This document shows, one piece after another, positions 1 to 7,019 of a DNA stretch of 26,860 nucleotides. Positions within the stretch are counted from its first letter, which is position 1; every line of letters starts with the position of its first letter. The stretch is taken from NCBI GenBank assembly GCA_030643125.1, contig DAOWML010000001.1, positions 1-26,860 on the forward strand, in the 5' to 3' direction. Origin of the DNA: Bacteroidales bacterium (GTDB taxonomy: Bacteria; Bacteroidota; Bacteroidia; Bacteroidales; UBA12077). The notes below the pieces were generated by a model that saw only the letters and a list, made by a program, of their open reading frames with translations, had not been told where the DNA came from and made no database searches. Both the position numbers and the translations under genes were made by a program.

Positions 1-522
1 TTTATAAATATTTTTATTTTCCGTAATGTTTTTATTTCCATTAACCTGAATGTAACCATAGCCGGTTTCTGGTCTGCTGGGCTTTATACCTAAGGTTAGT
101 AATGCATCTTTTTTTGAAGTGAATTCAAGCCCTTCCTTTATCACCTTTTTAAATACATTTTCTTTTAGAATTAAATGATCAGAAGGAGCGGTTACGATAT
201 TCGCATTCGGATTTTTCTTAAAAATCTTATAATTAGCATAAGCAATACAAGGAGCTGTATTTCTACGTGCAGGTTCAAGAAGTATCTGCTCTTTTGTTAA
301 CTCAGGTAATTGTTCAAGAATTATTTCTTTATAAATTATACTTGTAACAATATAGATATTCTCAACCGGACAGATGGATTGAAATCTGTCGAAAGTCATT
401 TGAAGTAAAGTTCTGCCTGTTCCCAATATATCTAAAAACTGCTTTGGTTTATTCATTCTGCTTAAGGGCCAAAATCTGCTTCCAACACCTCCAGCCATTA
501 TAACACAGTAATTATTTTCCAT
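1..522 (-). CDS. manC: Mannose-1-phosphate guanylyltransferase, 5' part (runs off the window start; missing from the ORF track)
   Basis: Manual translation from ATG at 522: MENNYCVIMAGGVGSRFWPLSRMNKPKQFLDILGTGRTLLQMTFDRF...LLEPARRNTAPCIAYA...APSDHLI...LTLGIKPSRPETGYGYIQ. Shows the nucleotidyltransferase GGxGxR(F/L)WP motif and the EP..RNTAP, PSDH and ETGYGYI motifs. Confidence 0.93.
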   Translation of the reverse strand, partial: MENNYCVIMAGGVGSRFWPLSRMNKPKQFLDILGTGRTLLQMTFDRFQSICPVENIYIVTSIIYKEIILEQLPELTKEQILLEPARRNTAPCIAYANYKIFKKNPNANIVTAPSDHLILKENVFKKVIKEGLEFTSKKDALLTLGIKPSRPETGYGYIQVNGNKNITENKNIYK

Positions 523-555
523 TTTAATTTTGTTTTGAGAAATATTTGTATTCTA

Positions 556-563
556 CTAATTTA
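556..563 (-). promoter_or_regulatory. Possible -7 element for manC (TAAATTAG, one mismatch to TAnnTTTG)
   Basis: Reverse complement of 556-563 reads TAAATTAG, about 35 bp upstream of the ATG at 522. Confidence 0.35.
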
Positions 564-630
564 CAAAAAGCAAAAAGAATAAAAAATCTTTATTAAACAA
601 ATGTGTTTAAAAGAAAGTTTTATTATTTAG

Positions 631-638
631 TATATTTG
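631..638 (+). promoter_or_regulatory. Bacteroidota sigmaA -7 element (TATATTTG) for mlaEF
   Basis: Exact TAnnTTTG match 21 bp before the ATG at 660, with TTTA at 606-609 spaced 21 bp upstream as a possible -33. Confidence 0.7.
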
Positions 639-659
639 TACACTCAAATTAGATAATTC

Positions 660-1400
660 ATGGGACTTTTTTATCATATAGGTAAATATTTTTTACTTCT
701 TTTCAGGGTTTTTGCAAAACCCGAAAAGTTTAAGATTTATTATAGAGAAACCATCAAAGAAATAGATAAACTTGGATTAAATTCGATATGGATAGTTGCA
801 GTTATATCTGTATTTATGGGTGCTGTTATTACAATACAAACAGCGTATAATACTGATAATCCAATGTACCCGAAATATTTAATTGGATTAACAGCAAGAG
901 ATACTTTATTATTAGAATTTTCATCAACAATTATTGCTCTTATTTTGGCAGGTAAAATTGGTTCGAACATTGCTTCCGAGATCGGGACGATGCGGATAAC
1001 TGAGCAAATTGATGCTCTGGAAATAATGGGTGTAAACTCAGCTAGCTATTTAATATTACCCAGAATAATAGCCTCTGTGATATTTACTCCTTTCCTGACT
1101 TTGATGAGTATGATTATTGGCATTTTTGGCGGATGGGTTGCCGGAGTCTCAACAGGGGTGATGACAACCCAGGATTATGTCTATGGAATTCAATATGCTT
1201 TTATACCATACTATATAGTTTATGCCCTAATTAAAATAGCCATTTTTGCATTTTTAATAACTACAATATCTGCATACCATGGATATTATACTTCTGGCGG
1301 TTCTTTAGAAGTTGGTAAATCAAGCACTAAAGCAGTTGTGCATAGTAGTATTTTTATTCTTCTTTTTAATGTGATATTAACACAATTACTGCTCTCATGA
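660..1400 (+). CDS. mlaE: MlaE/Ttg2B-family ABC transporter permease
   Basis: 246 aa hydrophobic protein with AGKIGSNIASEIGTMRITEQIDALEIMGVNSASYLILPRIIA, the signature MlaE motif. ATGA overlap with the next gene. Confidence 0.92.
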   Translation: MGLFYHIGKYFLLLFRVFAKPEKFKIYYRETIKEIDKLGLNSIWIVAVISVFMGAVITIQTAYNTDNPMYPKYLIGLTARDTLLLEFSSTIIALILAGKIGSNIASEIGTMRITEQIDALEIMGVNSASYLILPRIIASVIFTPFLTLMSMIIGIFGGWVAGVSTGVMTTQDYVYGIQYAFIPYYIVYALIKIAIFAFLITTISAYHGYYTSGGSLEVGKSSTKAVVHSSIFILLFNVILTQLLLS

Positions 1401-2158
1401 TAGAAGTTAAAAATATAGCAAAATCTTTTAACGGAGTTCCGGTTTTAAAGAATATTGATGTTTTATTTGAGAAAGGTAAAACAAACCTGATTATTGGACA
1501 AAGTGGATCAGGGAAAACCGTTCTGTTGAAGTCTATTGTTGGATTACATGATATAGAACAAGGGAAAGTAATATTTGACGGGACAGTTTTTAATGAACTA
1601 AACTTTAAAGATAAAAAAGAAATGAGAAAGCAAATAGGAATGCTTTTTCAGGGAGGAGCTTTGTTTGATTCTGCTACAGTAGAAGAAAATGTAATGTATC
1701 CATTAAATATGTTTACAGAATTGACATATTCAGAAAAAAGAGATAGAGCGAACGAGTGTCTTAAAAGAGTTAATATTATAAATGCCAATCAATTATATCC
1801 TGCAGAAATTAGTGGTGGAATGAAAAAAAGAGTGGCAATTGCAAGGGCTATTGCTTTAAACCCAAGATATTTATTTTGCGATGAGCCTAATTCCGGATTA
1901 GATCCTCAAACGGCAATATTAATTGATGATTTAATTAAAGAGATTACAGTAGAGTATAATATGACCACAATTGTTAATACGCATGACATGAATTCTGTTA
2001 TGGAAATTGGCGATAAAGTTGTATTTATTTATAATGGTGCAAAATGGTGGGAAGGAACACGAGATGATATTTTTGATTCAGAAAATGAAGAATTAAATAA
2101 ATTTATTTTTGCATCTAAACTTTCACAGAAGATAAGAGATTTAAAAAACAGGCATTAA
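1397..2158 (+). CDS. mlaF: MlaF/Mkl-family ABC transporter ATP-binding protein
   Basis: Walker A GQSGSGKT, Q-loop GMLFQGGALFDS, signature EISGGMKKRVAIARA, Walker B LFCDEPNSGLDP, H-loop THDM. Translationally coupled to mlaE. Confidence 0.92.
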   Translation: MIEVKNIAKSFNGVPVLKNIDVLFEKGKTNLIIGQSGSGKTVLLKSIVGLHDIEQGKVIFDGTVFNELNFKDKKEMRKQIGMLFQGGALFDSATVEENVMYPLNMFTELTYSEKRDRANECLKRVNIINANQLYPAEISGGMKKRVAIARAIALNPRYLFCDEPNSGLDPQTAILIDDLIKEITVEYNMTTIVNTHDMNSVMEIGDKVVFIYNGAKWWEGTRDDIFDSENEELNKFIFASKLSQKIRDLKNRH

Positions 2159-2850
2159 CCTAATGCATATATTTTTTCAAGTCGCTTAATATCTAAAATT
2201 ACAATGTTTTTACCTTCAATTTGAATCAAATTATCTTTTCTGAATTCTGATAATACTCTGATTACATTTTCAGTACTCATGTCGATTAATTCGGCAACTT
2301 CTTTTCGGCTAATTGGCAGATTAAATCTTATTGAACTATAAATATGTTTCGAGAAAAAAAGTAATATATAAGCTATTCTCCCACGTAACTGACGGGTATT
2401 AATATCAATTCTTGTTTTAATTACAGAATCGGAAACAGTACTTATTTTTTCAAAAAAATCGATGGCAAACGTCCCGTTTGTTTTTATGAATTTTTTTATG
2501 ATTTCTAAATCAACAAAACAAACAATAGAATCTTCAATAGCTGTGGTAGAATAAATATGTTTTGTGTTTGAAAAAATACTCAACAGACCAATAAAATCCT
2601 GTGGTTTTGCAATACTTAGAATATGTTCTTTAGTGTTGATCTCTGTTTTATATAATTTCACAAGACCATTTTGAAGGTACATAAAAGATAGAATCTCATC
2701 TCCTTCTGTGCTAATATTCTCACCTTTTCTATAAAATTTTTCTACTTTTTTAGCATTAATGATCTTTAATTCTTCTGCAGATAAGTTTTTAAAAGCCCAT
2801 GACCTATAAATACAACTCTTACAATTACTGACTTTGCGCGATAATTCCAT
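2155..2850 (-). CDS. Crp/Fnr-family transcriptional regulator with N-terminal CxxC
   Basis: cNMP-binding-like beta-roll (YRKGENISTEGD...YLQNGLVKL...DFIGLL) and C-terminal HTH (LPISRKEVAELIDMSTENVIRVLSEFRKDNLI). Start placed at ATG 2850 (MELSRKVSNCKSC) because the ORF-track ATG at 2886 lies inside the operator palindrome. Confidence 0.9.
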   Translation of the reverse strand: MELSRKVSNCKSCIYRSWAFKNLSAEELKIINAKKVEKFYRKGENISTEGDEILSFMYLQNGLVKLYKTEINTKEHILSIAKPQDFIGLLSIFSNTKHIYSTTAIEDSIVCFVDLEIIKKFIKTNGTFAIDFFEKISTVSDSVIKTRIDINTRQLRGRIAYILLFFSKHIYSSIRFNLPISRKEVAELIDMSTENVIRVLSEFRKDNLIQIEGKNIVILDIKRLEKIYALG

Positions 2851-2872
2851 TTTTTTAACCTTAGTTTGAATG

Positions 2873-2902
2873 ATGATATATATCATTAATGATATATATC
2901 AT
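2873..2902. promoter_or_regulatory. Tandem FNR-like operator: ATGATATATATCAT-TA-ATGATATATATCAT (30-bp perfect palindrome)
   Basis: Two identical 14-bp palindromes at 2873-2886 and 2889-2902, each ATGAT-N4-ATCAT (FNR consensus TTGAT-N4-ATCAA), lying between a divergent Crp/Fnr gene and the sqr operon. Confidence 0.65.
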
Positions 2903-2935
2903 AATATATAAAGATATAAATATATTTATATCTGT

Positions 2936-2943
2936 TAATTTTG
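2936..2943 (+). promoter_or_regulatory. -7 element (TAATTTTG) for the sqr operon
   Basis: Exact TAnnTTTG match 49 bp before the ATG at 2993. No TTTG at the expected -33 position. Confidence 0.6.
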
Positions 2944-2992
2944 TAACAGTAAAATCAATTAAAATATAAAAATAACATAAAAATTATCTAAA

Positions 2993-4222
2993 ATGAAAAA
3001 GATTCTGATTTTGGGCGCCGGTACAGGCGGAACAATAATGGCTAATAAATTAAGAAAAGCACTTGATCGAGAAGAGTGGGATATTACTATTGTCGATAAG
3101 CACAAAACCCATTATTACCAGCCCGGATTTTTATTTATTCCGTTTGGCATTTATAATAAACAGGATGTAATTAAACCGAAGGCTGATTTTATACCTGCAG
3201 GAGTAAACATCATTTATAGTGATATAGATAAAATTGTTCCTGATAATAATAAAGTCTTATTGGAAGGAGGAAAGGCTTTAAATTACGATTTTCTTATTGT
3301 TGCAACCGGCACAAGGGTCGACCCAGCAGAAACTCCGGGTTTAAAAGATGAATTGTGGCAAAAAGAAATATTCGATTTTTATACTGTTGAAGGCGCAGTT
3401 GCTTTAAGAGAGTTTTTCGAAACATGGCAAGGCGGCCGTTTAGTAATGAATATTGCCGAATTACCATTTAAGTGCCCGGTAGCTCCGTTAGAGTTTGTAT
3501 TCCTGGCTGATGAATATTTTACTAAAGCAGGGATTCGTGATAAAGTAGATATTACTTATGTAACTCCATTACCCGGGGCATTTACTAAACCAAAGTCAAC
3601 TAAGATGTTAGGTGAGTTGCTTAATGAAAAGAATATTACGGTAATTCCCGATTTTTATTTAGAAAGGGTTGATAATAAAGAAAAGAAAATTAAATCTTAT
3701 GATGGTCAGGAAGTCCCGTTTGATGTTTTAGCTATTGTTCCTGTTAATAAAGGTGATGATATGATTGAGCGTAGTGGTATGGGCGATGACTTGAACTTTA
3801 TACCAACCGATAAGCATACCTTAAGATCGGAAAAGTATGAAAACATTTTTGTTTTAGGCGATGCTTCAAATATTCCTACTTCGAAAGCCGGATCTGTTGT
3901 TCATTTTGCTGCAGATGTGCTTTTTGACAATATTCAGTGTGCAATTAAGGGGCGCGAATTAAGAGCAAAATTTGATGGACATGCAAATTGCTATATTGAG
4001 ACAGGTTTTGGGAAAGGCTCATTAATTGATTTTAATTATGAAACTGAACCTTTGCCAGGAACCTATCCACTGCCGGGTATTGGGCCATTTGGTTTATTAC
4101 AAAATACAAAAATGAACCATTATGGTAAGGTAATTTTTCGGTGGATATACTGGCATATATTATTGAAAGGAAAAGAGCTTCCTATTGAGAATGAAATGAC
4201 AATGGCTGGTAAGAAAAGGTAA
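2993..4222 (+). CDS. sqr: Sulfide:quinone oxidoreductase-like flavoprotein (type III-like SQR / FCSD family)
   Basis: Rossmann motif ILILGAGTGG, HYYQPG, KCPVAPLEF (Cys161), FAD motif NIFVLGDA..PTSKAGSVVH, FDGHANCYIETG (Cys333). Tyr130 (DFYT) stands where type I SQRs have their extra Cys. Amphipathic C-terminal helix. Confidence 0.8.
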   Translation: MKKILILGAGTGGTIMANKLRKALDREEWDITIVDKHKTHYYQPGFLFIPFGIYNKQDVIKPKADFIPAGVNIIYSDIDKIVPDNNKVLLEGGKALNYDFLIVATGTRVDPAETPGLKDELWQKEIFDFYTVEGAVALREFFETWQGGRLVMNIAELPFKCPVAPLEFVFLADEYFTKAGIRDKVDITYVTPLPGAFTKPKSTKMLGELLNEKNITVIPDFYLERVDNKEKKIKSYDGQEVPFDVLAIVPVNKGDDMIERSGMGDDLNFIPTDKHTLRSEKYENIFVLGDASNIPTSKAGSVVHFAADVLFDNIQCAIKGRELRAKFDGHANCYIETGFGKGSLIDFNYETEPLPGTYPLPGIGPFGLLQNTKMNHYGKVIFRWIYWHILLKGKELPIENEMTMAGKKR

Positions 4223-4240
4223 AACCTAAAAACTGAAAAA

Positions 4241-4810
4241 ATGGAAGTTAAAACAGAAAATGTTCAGGAGCAGATAAATCAAATCAATCAAAAGCTTGAT
4301 CTTGTTTTACATTATGTAAACGAACAAAGATTAAAAAGCGAAATGATTGAAGACTTGGTCTCTGATGTTTCAATTATAAGTAAAGACGCATTTACAAGTG
4401 CTGTTGAAGAACTTGATACGCATGGTATAGAACTCAATGTAGATGATATTAAACTACTTGTTTTCAAACTGATTAGAAATGTAAATAATTTCTCTCAGGC
4501 AATGGATATGTTTGAAAGTATTACTGATTTATTAAAAGATGTAGGTCCGATAATTAATGAAGCAGGTATAGATTTTACATATAAACTGCATGAGTTTGAA
4601 CAAAAAGGTTATTTCGAGTTTTTTAAACAAATGGCTGATCTTTTTGATAATGCCGTTGTTGCTTATCAGAAAACAGATTTTGATCAGGACAAGAAATACT
4701 CAATATGGAAAATTATTCGCGAAATGAATAGCCCGGAGATTAAAAGAACTTTAGGATTTATGATTACATTCTTAAAGAATATTTCAAAAGAATCGATAAC
4801 TAATAAATAA
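4241..4810 (+). CDS. DUF1641-type helical protein
   Basis: Predicted all-helical, with N-terminal coiled coil and C-terminal KYSIWKIIREMNSPEIKRTLGFMITFLKNISK resembling the DUF1641 motif. 18 bp after sqr. Confidence 0.65.
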   Translation: MEVKTENVQEQINQINQKLDLVLHYVNEQRLKSEMIEDLVSDVSIISKDAFTSAVEELDTHGIELNVDDIKLLVFKLIRNVNNFSQAMDMFESITDLLKDVGPIINEAGIDFTYKLHEFEQKGYFEFFKQMADLFDNAVVAYQKTDFDQDKKYSIWKIIREMNSPEIKRTLGFMITFLKNISKESITNK

Positions 4811-4833
4811 TTAATCTATTAAAAATTAATATT

Positions 4834-5139
4834 ATGACACAAAAAACAGTAGCAGGTGTAAACCTTGAAGTAACTGACGATGGATACCTGGTAGACTCAT
4901 CTCAGTGGACTGAAAAGATTGCAAAGGAGATTGCAAAAGAAGAAAACATTGAACTTAATGATAAACATTTCGAAGTTATCAAGTTTATTCGCGAAAATGC
5001 TGATTCCGGCTTAACAATTCGTAAAGTAGGAAAATCGGGAGTAGTTGATATTAAAGGATTTTATGATTTATTTCCCGGTGGGCCATTAAAAATGTCGACT
5101 AAAATTGCCGGAATTCAGAAACCATCGAGTTGTGTTTAA
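4834..5139 (+). CDS. tusE: TusE/DsrC/DsvC-family sulfur relay protein (terminal Cys only)
   Basis: 101 aa with DDGYLVDSSQWTEKIAKEIAKEENIELNDKHFEVIKFIR and C-terminal LFPGGPLKMSTKIAGIQKPSSCV. Penultimate Cys100 present; Thr89 at the CysB position. Confidence 0.85.
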   Translation: MTQKTVAGVNLEVTDDGYLVDSSQWTEKIAKEIAKEENIELNDKHFEVIKFIRENADSGLTIRKVGKSGVVDIKGFYDLFPGGPLKMSTKIAGIQKPSSCV

Positions 5140-5156
5140 TTTAAAAATATAATATT

Positions 5157-5660
5157 ATGGCTGAAAAAAAAGATACACAAGTAAAAAAAGTGGCTATGAT
5201 TTGTGCCAAAGGTACAATTGAAGATGTATATGCTACGTTGGTAATGGCAAACGGCGCTGTTATGGAAGGTATGGAAGCAAAGGTTTTCTTTACTTTCTTT
5301 GGTCTTGATGCTATTACAAAAAAATACATGAATAAACTTCATACAGCGACAGTTGGAAATCCAGCTATGCGTATGCCTGGAGGTTTGACTTTCCCAACTT
5401 TACTAGGGGCGATACCCGGAGTTGAAGCAGGAGTTTCTGCTATGATGCGAGGCCAGATGGAAAAACTGGATATTCCTCCGGTAGATGAATTTTTAGATAT
5501 GATTACTGCAGGAGGCGGAGAAATTTATGCATGTAAACTTGCTGTTGATATGTTTAAATTAAAGAAAGAAGACTTAAGCGATCATGTAATTGATATTATT
5601 ACTATTGGCGATTTTTATGCAATGGCTGGTGGCGAAGGGTCTCAGGTTATTTTTACTTAA
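5157..5660 (+). CDS. DsrE/DsrF/DsrH-like (DsrE2-type) sulfurtransferase-family protein
   Basis: KVFFTFFGLDAI and IYACKLAVDMFKLKKEDL (Cys126), ending GSQVIFT, a typical DsrE2 pattern. Last gene before a terminator. Confidence 0.8.
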   Translation: MAEKKDTQVKKVAMICAKGTIEDVYATLVMANGAVMEGMEAKVFFTFFGLDAITKKYMNKLHTATVGNPAMRMPGGLTFPTLLGAIPGVEAGVSAMMRGQMEKLDIPPVDEFLDMITAGGGEIYACKLAVDMFKLKKEDLSDHVIDIITIGDFYAMAGGEGSQVIFT

Positions 5661-5680
5661 ACTAAGTTTTGTATGTAGTG

Positions 5681-5706
5681 AAACCGCCTCTTGGGGCGGT
5701 TTTTTA
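5681..5706 (+). terminator. Intrinsic terminator of the sqr operon, possibly bidirectional
   Basis: Stem AAACCGCC (5681-5688) / GGCGGTTT (5695-5702), loop TCTTGG, followed by a T-run that overlaps the stop codon of the convergent gene. Confidence 0.85.
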
Positions 5707-6405
5707 TTGAATACCAATCTTGTTTTTTAACTCTTTAATAAAAGTTTCTTTATCTTGAATATCAGAATTTATTAGTTTATTATACCAGTGATTAACCATT
5801 TCCATATTGTCCATATTCTTATAAATCAGAATTATGTAATAATACGACAAACCATGAATCTGAGATTGAATATTTATATTTCCTTCTAATACCTTTTCAA
5901 AATAAGGAATTGATTTATTTAATTTATTGTTCTGGTATAAATCAAAACCCTTTTCAAATGCTCTTATTTTTTCATTATGTTCATTGTCTAAAATGATGTT
6001 AAAGAATGAAAAGCAAGCATTATTACAGTTTTCAATCAGGTCAATAAATTTAATATTATCAGATATTTTTTCGAAATAGAGTTTAAATTCAAGTACTTCG
6101 CCGATATATGCAAATTTATGTTGATCTGGGCAAGCGGGAATATTTTCTGATTTTATTAATTGATATACTTCGATTCCTATGGAATTTTTGATATAAATAT
6201 TTTCATCGGCACAAAACCAGCCTCCCTGGCTACGTTTGTTTGTTACTTTTAGTGATATTATTGTTTCACTATCGGTAATCTCAATTTTAGTTATTTCAAG
6301 CTCCGGATGACTTTGCTTACCGGCAATAGGATTTTCATATACCTGGGCTTTAGCTAAAAATGGCAGGCAGAAAAGAAAGGCTATAGCTAAAATTTGTTTT
6401 TTCAT
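5704..6405 (-). CDS. Secreted hypothetical protein, beta-rich N-terminal domain plus TPR-like C-terminus
   Basis: Signal peptide MKKQILAIAFLFCLPFLAKA|Q, four Cys in the mature domain, helical tail AFEKGFDLYQNNKLNKSIPYFEKVL...LSYYYIILIY resembling a TPR. Confidence 0.6.
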   Translation of the reverse strand: MKKQILAIAFLFCLPFLAKAQVYENPIAGKQSHPELEITKIEITDSETIISLKVTNKRSQGGWFCADENIYIKNSIGIEVYQLIKSENIPACPDQHKFAYIGEVLEFKLYFEKISDNIKFIDLIENCNNACFSFFNIILDNEHNEKIRAFEKGFDLYQNNKLNKSIPYFEKVLEGNINIQSQIHGLSYYYIILIYKNMDNMEMVNHWYNKLINSDIQDKETFIKELKNKIGIQ

Positions 6406-6476
6406 TATATTTAATTTTTTATAATAATCTAGCAGGGTAAAGGTATTAAAATTATAATGTGTTTTTACTTGGAATA

Positions 6477-6553
6477 ATTGCGTAGCAATGATACTATGGT
6501 AGAAAATTAGTACAATTAATTTTTAGAGCTGCGTAGCAGCGATAGGTTATTTG
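6477..6553 (+). repeat. REP-like units A1 and A2 (13-bp hairpin plus GATA..GTAG tail)
   Basis: A1: ATTGC-GTA-GCAAT + GATACTATGGTAG (6477-6502). A2: GCTGC-GTA-GCAGC + GATAGG.. (hairpin 6528-6540). Both lie immediately after the tnpA stop codon. Confidence 0.8.
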
Positions 6554-6555
6554 TA

Positions 6556-7017
6556 TTATTCATAAAACTGAAATAAATATTGTTCACTAAATTCTATTTT
6601 ATTCTTCTTAAGCAAATGTAAATATTCATCTCTAAACGATCTTTTTTTATGATGATTTTCCTGTTCTATTATATATTTAATTACTGTATCTCTTTGCGAT
6701 CGGGAATATGAAAATGCTCCGTATCCCCTTTGCCATTCAAATCGTTCCGGAACAAGATGATTTTCATTTATCCATTTAGAAGAATTGGATTTAATAACGT
6801 GTAAAACTTTTGATATTGAAATATTTGGGTTTAATTCGAAAAATACGTGAACATGATCTGTAAAACCATTTACCGCCAACGGAAATAATCCCATACCTTT
6901 TATAATTCCGCTAATGTATTCAAAAATACGGTTACGGATTTCCTTTTTCAAAATATTTTCCTTGCCTTGAATTGCAAAAACTGCATGAATGTTAATTTGT
7001 GTATAGGTATTTGCCAT
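6556..7017 (-). mobile_element. tnpA: Stand-alone HUH Y1 transposase, IS200/IS605 TnpA superfamily, REP-associated (RAYT-like)
   Basis: MANTYTQINIHAVF..., HUH motif DHVH, WQRGYGAFSYS, and catalytic helix VIKYIIEQENHH. No tnpB adjacent; flanked by hairpin repeats on both sides. Start placed at ATG 7017 because the 41 extra codons from 7140 are repeat-derived. Confidence 0.88.
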
Positions 7018-7019
7018 AT

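Noticed and set aside
660-2158. mlaE-mlaF without mlaD/mlaC as an incomplete or novel system
   Set aside because: Split mla loci are common in Bacteroidota and the MCE gene is probably elsewhere. Nothing unusual is visible in either protein.
2851-2886. Longer N-terminus (MIYIIIQTKVKK) for the Crp/Fnr protein
   Set aside because: That ATG is just the CAT end of the operator palindrome. ATG 2850 has an A-rich start context and gives a normal length.
4834-5660. Evidence for dissimilatory sulfite reduction or reverse Dsr oxidation
   Set aside because: The carrier lacks CysB, there is a single DsrE2-type gene rather than dsrEFH, and no dsrAB or dsrMKJOP is in the window.
6556-7017. IS605/IS200 element with TnpB/IscB and an omega-RNA
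   Set aside because: No RuvC-like ORF on either side. Flanks are multi-copy short hairpins rather than single left and right IS ends.
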